Below are positions 52,220 to 64,000 of a DNA stretch of 64,000 bases, piece by piece (position 1 is the stretch's first letter; every line of letters begins with the position of its first letter). Made by a program: the position numbers and the translations under genes. This stretch comes from Octopus sinensis (Eukaryota), in contig NC_043011.1 in the NCBI RefSeq assembly GCF_006345805.1, forward strand, positions 28,408,464-28,472,463. The letters are read 5' to 3'. Under the pieces are notes generated by a model, which was given only the letters and a program-made list of their open reading frames with translations, did no database searches and was not told the origin of the DNA.

Positions 52220-52407
52220 GTGTTGAAAGAATGGAGCTTAAAAATGCATATCAATGTACAATTTGTTTTTGTAATAAATGTATTTGATATTATTTGTATA
52301 TCGACTTGTCTAACTTGCATGTTCTTATATTTACTCCTCTACCTGCTCAAGGTCAAATCTCAGGAGCATTCCGAAGTGTATTCTATACAGAGAATACCTA
52401 CCTCTAA

Positions 52408-52483
<76 letters not shown>

Positions 52484-53221
52484 GAGCTAAAGCGTTTTAC
52501 CTTCGCCCATATAATACAATAAATGAACTAATTGCATTGCAATTGTAAGCATTTATGTATTAGCCTTTTGGGTACTTTACTGGCAGTATATTGGATAAAT
52601 GATATTCCATAGTGGGATATCACTCATAACCCCTATCTCACTTTGTACTTTTATATATATATATATACATGGATCAACAATTGGAACAAAGGAACATGCA
52701 GGAGCGGGGATAAGAAACAAAATTACAAAGACCGCGGATGAGAAATCAAAATCAAAAAGACCACGGTGGTGCTCCAGCATGACCGCAGCCGCACGGCTGG
52801 ACCGAGTAAGAGAGTAAAAGAATATATCTGCGAAAATATATATGAAAAAAGAAATCGCACTGCTGTTGACAGGATTCGAACAACGAACTTATCAATATGT
52901 TAATCGCTTACTTATTCTCTCGACTATTTACACTCGCGTTTTTCCTTTAGTACGAATGCTAAAAGCACCGAACTTTTGTTAATTGTAATTAGACTGTCAC
53001 TATGACTTTCCCTAACAATGTGTAGCATATTCATCGTGTATGACAGAAGGATAGGTTCAATCTCTAAAGTCTCGTCTTCTGCTTTTGTATTTTTCTATTT
53101 TCTTGATACAGGTAAAGTTGCTTTAGATGTACTTTAATAGCTGATTTTTTAAAGAAAGTATAACTTCAACGCAAATGCCTACTTGAAATCTATTTAACGA
53201 ACGTTAATAATGATAGCGTAG

Positions 53222-53303
53222 GAGAAGAAGAAGAAGAAGAAGAAGAAGAAGAAGAAGAAGAAGAAGAAGAAGAAGAAGAAGAAGAAGAAGAAGAAGAAGA
53301 AGA
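53222..53303. repeat. (GAA)n microsatellite
   Basis: Direct reading. Confidence 0.95.
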
Positions 53304-54063
53304 TTCTATTTTAAAAACACACTGTCATTTCATTAAGATTGAAGCTCACCAAAGCCTATTGCAGAGACGTATATACTTTCTTAAAAAATAAATGGAAATA
53401 TAAAATCTCTTTCTATACTCCTACCTTCTAAACACAACAAAGCCAGCAGCAGTAGCAACAACAACAACAACAATTGCAGCAACAGCAATAACAACAACAA
53501 CAACTACAATAATAATAATAATAATCATCAAGTAACGATGTTGTGAGTGAAGCAGCAATTAAGGAAAATGAGGAATGGTTTCTAAAATGATAATTGGTGT
53601 TTCATTTGAAGCGGAGACGCTAAATCAATTTTCTTTATTCTTTATTTTTCTTCACCGTTTTCTTTCTTTCTTTTTTCTTTCCTTTTTCGTTCTATTTGCT
53701 TTTGATGTCATATGAATGAGGTTTTGTGCTTTACGATCGCGGTAATTTTTTATACTATACACGTTTTTTTGTTATTTGTTTTAATTCATCTTATGTATTT
53801 TATTTAATTATTTTTAAGTTCGAGAAACGTATCTAATTATGTCCTCATAGTATAAACACACTTGTATATTTATATATATATACACACACTTATATATACT
53901 AGTGTGTTAACATATATATATATATACACACACACATATATATTCATATATGTATACATACATACATACACATACATATAATAACAATAAAAATCATGGA
54001 TGGAATTTGTAAATATTTTAATGCATCGCTACGCACGTTTCCACAAATTGCATGTTTTTTTAG

Positions 54064-54117
54064 ATCATAGTCCGTATTCCTGAATGCAGTGCAGTCCGTG
54101 GTATCCATGGACATCGG
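54064..54117 (+). CDS. Candidate exon (IIVRIPECSAVRGIHGHR)
   Basis: Acceptor gcatgttttttag|A; similar to the start of the 52089 exon; donor uncertain. Confidence 0.25.
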
Positions 54118-54339
54118 GTAGATCATGTTCATGCATTCATTTCCTCGGACGAAAAAAATAATGAAAATATTGATAAATTCTCTTCAAATATTATCATTGT
54201 TATTACTAATTTTATCCTACATTATATCGGCCCAAAACTGCTATCGCCAGTTTGCCTCGTTAAAGTGTTGCTGGCATTATAGAATAGGAGCTTTTAATAT
54301 GCATATACAAAACGTCTCCCGTAAACGAAATCAAATGAT

Positions 54340-54370
<31 letters not shown>

Positions 54371-54377
54371 CACACAT

Positions 54378-54782
54378 AGGAGTTGCTGTGTGGTAAGTAG
54401 CTTGTTTACCAACCACATGGTTCCGGGTTCAGTCCCACTGCGTGGTACCTTGCGCAAGTGTCTTCTACTATAGCCTCGGGCCGACCAAAGCCTTGTGAGT
54501 GGATTTGGTAGACGGAAACTGAAGAAGCCCGTCGTATATATGTATATATATATGTATATGCTTGTGTGTGTTTGTGTGTCTGTGTTTGTCCCCCTAGCAT
54601 TACTTGACAACCGATGCTGGTGTGTTTATGTCCCCGTTACTTAGCAGTTTGGAAAAAGAGACCGATAGAATAAGTACCGGGCTTACAAAAGAATAAGTCC
54701 CGGGGTCGAGTTGCTCGATTAAAGGCGGTGCTCCAGCATGGCCGCAGTCAAATGACTGAAACAAGTAAAAGAGTAAAAGAGT
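54378..54782 (+). mobile_element. SINE family 2, full length
   Basis: tRNA-like head, ccttgcgcaagtgtc box, internal (TA/TG)n, aaaagagtaaaagagt tail. Confidence 0.95.
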
Positions 54783-54789
54783 ATATATA

Positions 54790-54975
54790 GTTAATCCAAG
54801 CATGAAAAAAGAGAAAACATAACAACGCGAGGGCGTGGAACAAGTATAGTGTTATTCGACGCTCAGGAAAGGAAAGAAACAAGGAGGATTTAACGTTTCG
54901 AGCGGAGCTCTTCGTCAGAAACATAGAAAAAAAAGAAAGGTCCAAGGAAGGGGAGACGGAGAAAGAAAATCGCCA
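54790..54975 (-). mobile_element. Family A short element
   Basis: Homologous to 40663-40830. Confidence 0.8.
54889..54921 (-). ncRNA. Minimal type I hammerhead ribozyme motif
   Basis: 33 nt identical to 40763-40795. Confidence 0.7.
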
Positions 54976-55204
54976 ACGATACACACATATACATGTGTGT
55001 GTGTGTGTGTGTGTGTGTGAAAATGTATTGTAAATGCAGAAACGGAAAACGGTCACAGAATGGCAAGATAAAAAATGCACAGACGAACAGGAAAAGCGTA
55101 TATTCAGTGCACAAACGGACGGAAAATAGAAAGAGACGGTCACTAAAGTTCCCATCAGTTTTCAACCAGATGGTATTAGACAGTCTCGCGCCATTATGAC
55201 GTTG

Positions 55205-55380
55205 TGGCTTAGGGGTTAGGTGTGTTGCACTTACCTTTGTGAGATCGTGATTTCGATGCCTGGACCAGCGGTGCGTTGTGTTCTTGAGCAAAACACTTCA
55301 TTTCATTTTTGCTCCATTCTCCTCAGTTGTAAATGGGTAACCCAGCGATGGAGTAGCCTTCCCATGAGGAGCAAAGTTGG
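55205..55380 (+). mobile_element. SINE family 3 variant, diverged
   Basis: gttgtgttcttgagcaaaacacttcatttca. Confidence 0.65.
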
Positions 55381-55725
55381 CCTTCACACCTAGTCATCAT
55401 TCGAACGCTAAACTGAAGGAATACTCATTGTCACCCGCAGGATATAACAGCAACCTATACAATTGTCAATCGCGTGATAGCCCCCCCACCACACACACGC
55501 ACACAGTCATATATGTGTGTGTATATATATATATATATTATATATATATATATATATGCATATCTATGTATGTATATGTAGCTCCGTGTGTATGTAGTTT
55601 CTCAAGGCAACAATCGAATGGGGGCAGATGAATAACACAGGTACCAGTAAATTACGTTTACTATAGTGTTTTCCATCTATTTTTCACATGAACATATACA
55701 TACATAGATACATGTATACATACAT

Positions 55726-55788
<63 letters not shown>

Positions 55789-55815
55789 TATATATACATA
55801 TATATATATATATAG

Positions 55816-55846
<31 letters not shown>

Positions 55847-55937
55847 ACATATATGTGCAAATGTATGTGTGTATAAATATACATACATATATGTATATAT
55901 ATATGCATATATATATGTGTGTGTGTGTGTGTATGTG

Positions 55938-56250
55938 AAGGCGCAATGGCCCAGTGGTTCGGTCAGCCGACTTGCGGTCGTAGGATCGCAATTTCGATAC
56001 CCAGACCGGGCGTTGTGAGTGTTTATTGAGTGAAAGCACAGGAAACTCCACGACGGTCCGGCGAACCCTGCTGTACTCTTTCACCACAACTTACTCTCAC
56101 TCTTTCTTCCTGTTACTGTTGTACCTGTATTTCAAAGGGCCAGCCTTGTCATACCCTGTGTCACGCTGAATCTCCCCGAAAACTACTTAACGTGTACACG
56201 TATCCGTGGAGTGCTCAGCCACTTGCGCGTTAATTTCGCGAGCAGGTTTT
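55938..56250 (+). mobile_element. SINE family 3
   Basis: Matches 47305-47620. Confidence 0.9.
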
Positions 56251-56845
56251 TAAAAAATTTGTTTTAAATTTTAGATTTTTAATTTAGATTTATCTGGTAT
56301 TTTGAAACGAAAGAAATTTTTCTGCAATTATATTCTAATCATTTGTAAATATGCCGTGTCCCTCTCATCTAAAACCAACTTTCAATTATTGTATTGAATA
56401 TGTTCTAGCGGATAATATATTGGTTTTTATTTTTTTAATTAGTTAACTCAATAATACTTAACAGTTTATAGTTTATTTTTTCGTTAACTTATCTGTAGCT
56501 TCATTGTCTATTTTGTTTTGTGTAGACGGTTATTGCAAATGTCGTTACATTGTGAATTGTCATTTGAATTAACGGTGAAGTGTACTTATATATTTTTCTG
56601 TTCTTGATCGGTCTGGAATTCGGTTAATTTCTTTTTATCATAATTTAATTGTTTCCTTCTTTCTGGGCTCTTTTATATGTCTTTTTATTTGTTGGTAGTA
56701 CTCATTCATTCGAATAATGAATTCCCGAGGAAAAACCTAATTTGTGACTTCAAAAATGTTAAATTTCGTTTTATTTTGAATTAATTAGCCTTGGAAACAA
56801 CTTTGGATGTTTTATACCCGTTTGAAGAATTTAGGTCCTTACTTC

Positions 56846-56876
<31 letters not shown>

Positions 56877-57010
56877 CACGTCATCATCACACGTGACCGA
56901 CCAGTCCATCAGATGTAGTTACACATCGCTGGTCACAATGCGTTCGCATTGTTTTAGCCTTCGAATGACGCCACCCCGCTGGCTAAGCGAGCAGGCCAAT
57001 ATATATATAA

Positions 57011-57071
<61 letters not shown>

Positions 57072-57206
57072 GTTTATTAATCGTTTTGTAAGATTCTGGG
57101 TGTGAAACCGTGTGTTGAAGCAGATATTATTATATCAGAGTAATAAGCATCTCTTTACTCCCGGAAATTACCGGGTATACCAGCTAGTGTATATATATAT
57201 ATATAT

Positions 57207-57447
57207 GTGTGCATATTTCTCGTAACCGCATGCCACATGCTTCTGGTTTAGTTCCACTGCGTGCGTCTTGGTCGTGTGTCTATTTATTATAGACCTGGGT
57301 CGACCCGAAACTTGTGAGTAGATTCGGTAGACGGAAACTGAAAGAAGCTCGTTGTGTGTATATATATATATATATATATATACCAAGACGCACGCAGTGG
57401 GACTAAACCAGAAGCATGTGACATGCGGTTACGAGGAATATGCACAC
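57207..57447. mobile_element. Diverged SINE family 2 with local inverted duplication
   Basis: Arms 57207-57272 and 57382-57447. Confidence 0.75.
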
Positions 57448-57457
57448 ACGCGCGCGC

Positions 57458-57695
<238 letters not shown>

Positions 57696-57999
57696 ATACA
57701 TGTTGGTCATGCGCACATACTTGAAAAGAGATTGTTCTTACAATGTCCTTCAACTCTTCAACTGATGAATAATACGTTGCGTAAAATATATGTATCTATA
57801 CTCTTTACTTGTTTGCAAAAGTTAGTATTCTGTGAAAAAAGGGTTAATAGTTCTGTTATTCTTCTCTTTGTTTGTACCAATTGTGGTTAATTCACCGCCT
57901 GTCTCGACGATGAGAATTCACCTGTTCAATGAATTCCCCGACCTTGGAATAAGTCATTTCCATAGAAACGTGCATTCTTCACGTAATTTTCATTCTAAA

Positions 58000-58270
58000 T
58001 AAGTGTTAAGACTGAACATTTGAAAAACCAGCACATCCGACTTCTAGGCCCACTATTCCACGAGACGTCGTCACGAGACAGCCTTCAGGCACTACTTACA
58101 TAGGGAATTGTAATGACAGCAGTCATTACAATTTACGGCTGGGTTCCCAAGCTGAACCAACCGAGTCTATTGATATTATCTGGTCCTCACATTCTTGGTC
58201 TACCCCGCCGTCTCCTGCGATTTTTTCTTGAGGCATTCTGATCATATGTCCGTACAATCCAGAGAAAAAT
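58000..58270 (-). mobile_element. RTE LINE 3' fragment
   Basis: rc reads YGHMIRMPQEKI...RRRGRPR, as at about 15950-16050. Confidence 0.55.
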
Positions 58271-58689
58271 ATCGAAGTAATGGTGTGGTTCCTTGGTTAT
58301 CAATTCTCAAACGAATGAAAAACAAATTTAACCTGAGTGAGATTTGAACTTACAACGCAGTGTTTCTTATGGGATTTATTCCCGTAAGATATTTTACACG
58401 ACGCTCTAAAGGTTCTACCATTTCGTCCATTTCAGTTCGAATTATAACTCATCTTAAACAAACAATATTAAACTGAATTTTCATTTTCGCTTGGAGTCAT
58501 ACATATTTGTTGTTGTTGTTGTCGTCGTCTTCTTCTTCTTCTTCTTCTTCTTCTTCTTCTTCTTCTTCTCCTACGCTATCATTATTAACGGGTGAAGAGT
58601 TGAACCATCCTGGGGTACAGAGGATTCGCAATCTAGAGTAGGGTCAGAAAGTTTACCACACCATAGTGAGTTACACTATGGTTCCTCTG

Positions 58690-58880
58690 CCTTGTGGCAG
58701 AAGTAGGAAGAAAAAGTGAGAGAAAGTTGTGGTGAGAGAGTACAGCGGGGTTCACCCAACCCCCGCCGGAGCATCGTGGAGCTTAAATGTTTTTGCTCAA
58801 TAAATGCTCACAATGCCCGGTCTAGGAATCGAAACCGCGTTCTTACGACCGCAAGTCCGCTGCCCTAAACACTGTGCCAT
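58690..58880 (-). mobile_element. SINE family 3, 5' half
   Basis: rc of head at 47305. Confidence 0.85.
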
Positions 58881-59789
58881 TGCGCTTCCACTGTTGTTGT
58901 TGCTTATGCTCTGGTCAGATTTGATCGAGCAGACCCATGATTGAAGGTATTCCAGTTGCGACGTCGACGCCCTTTTAATGTAAATCGGTCCACATTATCG
59001 AATATGTGTCCTTTCCTCATTTAAGACGGTTTAATGTGATTTCTGACAGATTTGGCTATTCTAGCAGGTCAATTAACCACACATATGATGCTTCGTTGGC
59101 GTATCTCATTCATACTTCCATAGAATATAGTATATAGATTTCTAACAAATTTTTCACGTTATCGCTTGACCTACAAGAAGCAAGGATTAAATATCCATCA
59201 AATCACATACTCTACTGTTATTAAAGTGTAAAAACATATGGGATAAAGTAGTTGTAGATACTTTTGGATAGTCAAGGCTGGAATGTCATTAATCATGTTT
59301 TTCCTATCAAAGCTCAGAGATAAACAACAGAAACGACAGCGCTTATCATGACTTAGACACTAAACATAGTTCTTTCCGCGAAAGCTGAAGTGTAGCAATC
59401 AATACTTGATATTAATGTTCTGAAACCGAAGTCAGAAAAGGATTTATGAAAATATTAATGCTATTTTTAGGACGGACGTTTGCTGTACACAAGTTCGATG
59501 AAGGATCTCAGGGAAGTATTTTTGTTATGAATGACAGTTACAATCTTGTAACGGTGCTCATAGCAAACTGGACATGTGGCAGGTTTTCAGTAAGAACTTT
59601 CAAATATGCTTAACCAACGAAGCATTAATAAGTGTAGTTCTGTCTAAATTCAAAGGGATATAGGTTAGGAGCAGGCAGGCGGGCAGGTAAGAGAGATAAT
59701 ATGTAGAGATATAGATATAAAAATAGAGCTATCCAACTAGAGACAGAGGGATAGATAGATAGATAGATAGATAGATAGAAGAGATAGAT

Positions 59790-59855
<66 letters not shown>

Positions 59856-59878
59856 GGATGGATGGATGGATGGATAAC

Positions 59879-60143
59879 TTTCTTTATTAGCCACACAAGG
59901 CCGAACACAGAAGGGACAAAATACAATGTAGAGCTTTTCTTTTCAAAAGAAAATAGAAAAAATGTATGAAAAAATTTCGATCAAAAGGGAACGTGTAAAA
60001 AACAAACGATCAAAAGGGATCGTATATCATAGAACAGAGCAAAAAATGTAAAAAAACACATTAGGCTTATCCTTTGAAAGAAAAGCCTACGAAAAAGACA
60101 CGGTAACCTCAGGCAGCGAGGGAAAAACACATGAGAGCAAATT

Positions 60144-60190
<47 letters not shown>

Positions 60191-60830
60191 TTTACAGGAT
60201 CATGCTCACAGTAGTTTCGCCATTCGCGCGTACCATCTTTGCTACATTTCCCCACCTTTTATTGAATCTTTCATGAGACAAAACTTGCTTCTCTATTTTC
60301 ACCTTCCTTTTCAAATGTTTGTCTCTAATCCTTTCTCTCGAGTCCACCACCCACATTCTTTCACCATGGCCACCAGTACGATGAAAACTGCCTTGCCTTC
60401 CCGGCTAAGGGAAGGTGGCGGAGCAATTTTCACGATAGACTCGGCCGACAATCGAATTCGTCCCATGCGTGACGGCAACCATTCGGCGTAAATCCACATG
60501 TGGTCGGAAATGGTTGGACACTGCACGAGTGCGTGCAGAACGGTTTCGTTGCTCTAAGGGTAAGTGAGTCCGGTGTGTCTCGAACCGTGCCTGTAGAGCT
60601 TATCCCGACCAGGCAATGCTTCCCGATCGTACTGCCAGACCAGGGATCTCTGGTGATTGTCCATATGTCCCGGCCCGAAAGTTTTCCTGAACAGGTGGGT
60701 CAGGTGTTCCTCGTCGACGCCCAGATTTTTGTTAACAGTTTGGCCTTATGTTCGCATAGAATAAACAACTTTGGTTCCATTCAGAAGTTGAATTCGGTAA
60801 ACGTGCTTACACTTGTCTCACATTTCTTGT
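59879..60830 (-). mobile_element. Tx1/L1-clade LINE 3' end with intact 3' terminus
   Basis: rc: RSLVWQ...ALPGRDKLYRHG...ETVLHALVQCP...LSAESIVKIAPPP; 3' UTR ends ggctaataaagaaa next to (ATCC)n(ATCT)n. Confidence 0.85.
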
Positions 60831-62234
60831 AATTGCCATTCTCTGCTGGTGATATGTTCAGAACTCGGCCATCTTTTTCTTGCCTTGTTCTATGCCTAGT
60901 CACTTTCTGTCTGTTCATCATCATCTTCTTCTTGCAAGAATCCTGTTGTTCCTTGCACTTTGCTCGATATCGACATTTTGCTCCCTTTTCCTTGCTTTAT
61001 TTGCTTCATCCCTGAAGTTAGTCTACCTCTCATTTTCATGGCATCCTTTTTTTCAGCATCCCTTTTCTCTGCATATCTTGCTGTTGCTTTTGTAGCATTT
61101 CTTCTTTCTTCTTTCGATAATTTGCCTTGTTTTGAGCTGCTCTTTTATACTTTTTTTAATCGCTTGTAATATGCAAGCCTTTTATCACCATCTATATCGC
61201 AAAAGTGTTGTGTAGGAATCAGCGTTGTAAAAGGAAATTATAAATGTATAGTCAATAGGTATTTTTAGTCCATATAATTCAATTTCAAATGGACATATTT
61301 AAAATAATATTTGGGCTCACATAATTCACAATGTAATAAAAATTATTAAAATTAACTCTTTCAAACGTTCACTTTTATTAGAAAACAATGATATGATCTT
61401 GATGCAGCGGAAACCGGAAAATAGGCCAGTCTTTTTCATCCTCAGCAATATATAAGCATACAGTAATTTAAGTTCTCATTGCTCAAACGTTCTAAAATTT
61501 TCACAAAGTGGATCACTATGTATTTACAATTCATGCTTTAAAATTGAAGGATATTGAATAAGAGAAACACGTTTTTTACCTTGACAAATAATGATGTATG
61601 TCACCGGAAATGTTGAAAAAAAGCTGAACGTTTTTTCCTCAGCATTTGATGATGGCTGAAAACTCAAAACTTCCTGAACATATATTGGCAAACAGCAATC
61701 CACACGTCAGTGTGTATTCAATACTTTCAAGTAAAAGGAGGAAAAGCACCGTTTCCCTATGTATGGCGATACAGCATGGTCACAAGGTCACCTAAATGAG
61801 CCCGCATAACTGTCCTATCATATAAATAACGTTTGATCTTATAACTTTCTCAAGTGGAGAGGACCACTGTTTTTTATTGGACGACAGGAATGACGGAGAA
61901 AAACCCATTAATTTGATACCAAATACATAGGAGTCTTGAAATTACGACCTCAAAACTTGATTTTATTTAGGTCGCAAAAACGCTTATTTTAATACCTTAC
62001 ATGGGTTTGGGGATCTTTCTGGAAATTAATCTTAAGTAATTAACAGCAGCTATAAGAAGATCATCAATTGTGCATAAATATTTGATTATTGATGTGTAAG
62101 CAAGATACATGTGGATTTTGAAGGCAGTTGGTGCATTCTTTAAAAAGTTACAACAGTTTAAAGTGAAAATCTACGATTGGGTACCCTGATTGTGCTAAAT
62201 ATAATCTCTGTTTATCTGCGTATACATTCCAATC

Positions 62235-62317
<83 letters not shown>

Positions 62318-62396
62318 CTATCTATTTATCTATTCATTTATCTATATATATATATATTATATATATATATATATAATATATATATATATATTATAT

Positions 62397-62427
<31 letters not shown>

Positions 62428-62497
62428 TATATTAAATTAGAGACTTAACAATTATTAAAATCCACAATTTAGAAATTTAATTCCCTAATACTTATTA

Positions 62498-62555
<58 letters not shown>
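62235..62555. repeat. (TCTA)n and (TA)n arrays
   Basis: Direct reading. Confidence 0.9.
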
Positions 62556-62556
<1 letters not shown>

Positions 62557-63450
62557 TTATCTCTCTACGTATCAACTTGCTTACATATTTAGGCATATCT
62601 GTTAACATTTATTTATCTGTCTATCTGCCTATTTACTTATTCATCTATCTATTTGTATATACCGGCCTTTCTGTCTACCTGTCTTTCTAGCTATGACACA
62701 TAGTGTAGTGAGAGTTCTAGTGACAAAATGGCTTCACGTAAGATTCCACTGATTGGTTGAATCTGTTGACAACTGTCACCTGTAATCTCTTCATAATCTG
62801 ACATTAAAATCCTTTTATTTTTCAATCTTTTATGGTTTGTTGGCTTATTATTTTTTTCTATATTGTATGATCCCCAACTATTGTTAAAATGAATACCTAA
62901 ACGAGAAAATTCAGATATCATTACGCTGAATAGTGACACATTGACTGATAATACGATGATGTTGAAAATTAAGACCAATTACAAGAAAACTTTCCCTAGC
63001 TATGAGGCTAGTTAGCGTTAGATACTTGAGATCTTAACAAAAAGAATATCTTTTGAATTGATACTGAGAATAATGACCATACTTGATCTCGGAAAACTTT
63101 AGTGCGTGTTTTATACAAGATCGCGTTATGTGAATTATTAGTTATCGCTTTGTGGTTTAGAAGCTTGTTTTGCATCCAATGTTTCTGGGTTCAAACCGCT
63201 TCGTGGGCACCTAGCGTAAGTGTCTCCTACAGTATATTTGGTGTGTATATATAAGTTTGCGAGTGTGTGTATGTGAGTGCTGTCTCTTTGTAAATACAGA
63301 TAAGAATGCCGAAATAGCAGTATATGGCAACTCCAAGTTTGTTCTATGTATTACAGCAGTCGTCTTACATCAAGCTATTCAAATTTCATGTTCACCATCA
63401 TCAGATTTGGCTATGAAATGTGTAGTACATTATATATATATATATATATA

Positions 63451-63602
63451 TCGAGGCTATAGTAGCAAACACTTGCCCAAGGTGCCACGCAGCGGGTTCA
63501 GTCCCACTGCGTGGCACCTTCGGCAATTGTCTTCTACTATAGCCTCGGGCCGACCAAAGCTTTGCTAGTGAATTTGGTAAACGGAAACTGAAAGAAGCCC
63601 GT

Positions 63603-63644
<42 letters not shown>

Positions 63645-63920
63645 GTGTGTGTGTGTGTGTGTGTATGTGTGTGTGTGTCTGTGTGTGTCTGTGTGTGTGT
63701 GTATGTTTGTGTGTCTATGTTTGTCCCCCTCCCAACATCGGTTGACAACCAATGCTGGTGTGTTTACGTCCCCGTAACTTAGCGGTTCGGTATAAGAGAC
63801 CGATAAAATAATTACTAGGCTTAGGAACAATAACTCCTATGGTCGCTTTGCTCGACTAAAGGCTGTGCCCCAGCATGACCACAGGCAAATGACCGAAACA
63901 ATTAAAAGAGTAAAAGAGTA
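63451..63920 (+). mobile_element. SINE family 2 with 5' fold-back
   Basis: Inverted arm 63451-63491 pairs with 63506-63547. Confidence 0.85.
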
Positions 63921-64000
63921 TACATATATGTGTGTGTATGCATGTATGTATGAATGTGTGTATGTGTATGTATATGTATACGTATGTGTGTGTATGTGTG

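Noticed and set aside
54118-54140. DHVH motif resembling an IS200 HUH transposase
   Set aside because: Four-residue match only; no other Y1 motifs
53980-54142. Minus-strand Cys-containing frame (NECMNMIYP...DCTAF...AICGN) as a chitin-binding exon
   Set aside because: Cys spacing incomplete, atypical acceptor, conflicts with the plus-strand candidate
54161-54379. Signal-peptide-like ORF MKILINSLQILSLLLLILSYIISA-QNCYRQFASLKCCW
   Set aside because: Overlaps another long open frame, runs into a (CA)n repeat and a SINE, and AT-rich DNA commonly gives I/L-rich stretches; no independent support
58106-58133. Perfect 12-bp hairpin resembling a terminator
   Set aside because: Lies within the RTE 3' region of a eukaryotic genome; no terminator role supportable

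Overview
Eukaryotic, AT-rich, microsatellite-saturated DNA, most likely from an Octopus (coleoid cephalopod) genome. That assignment is inferred from the SINE families and repeat density, not from a search. Most ORFs in the supplied track are translations of (TA)n/(ATAC)n/(GATA)n repeats. Recognisable coding sequence is all decayed transposon: two adjacent DD37D (maT-type) Tc1/mariner elements (7.2-9.6 kb), an RTE LINE 3' fragment (15.6-16.2 kb, plus a second at about 58.1 kb), a Helitron Rep N-terminal remnant (21.5-23.2 kb) and two Tx1/L1-clade LINE 3' ends (26.2 kb, 60 kb). Three tRNA-headed SINE families are scattered throughout. The most interesting signal is a set of short Penelope-like/retrozyme-type elements sitting in (TA)n tracts that carry hammerhead-ribozyme motifs. 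Two copies have an identical canonical core, one family has a non-canonical CUGURGA core, one inverted copy starts at the predicted cleavage site, and there is one extended three-stem candidate. Other observations: a SINE 3' tail shared with the Tx1 LINE, many local fold-back inverted duplications, and several + strand candidate exons of an unidentified host gene, three of which splice in frame into a short secreted- or membrane-type peptide. No CRISPR array, rRNA or true tRNA gene was found. All calls are by eye, without database searches.
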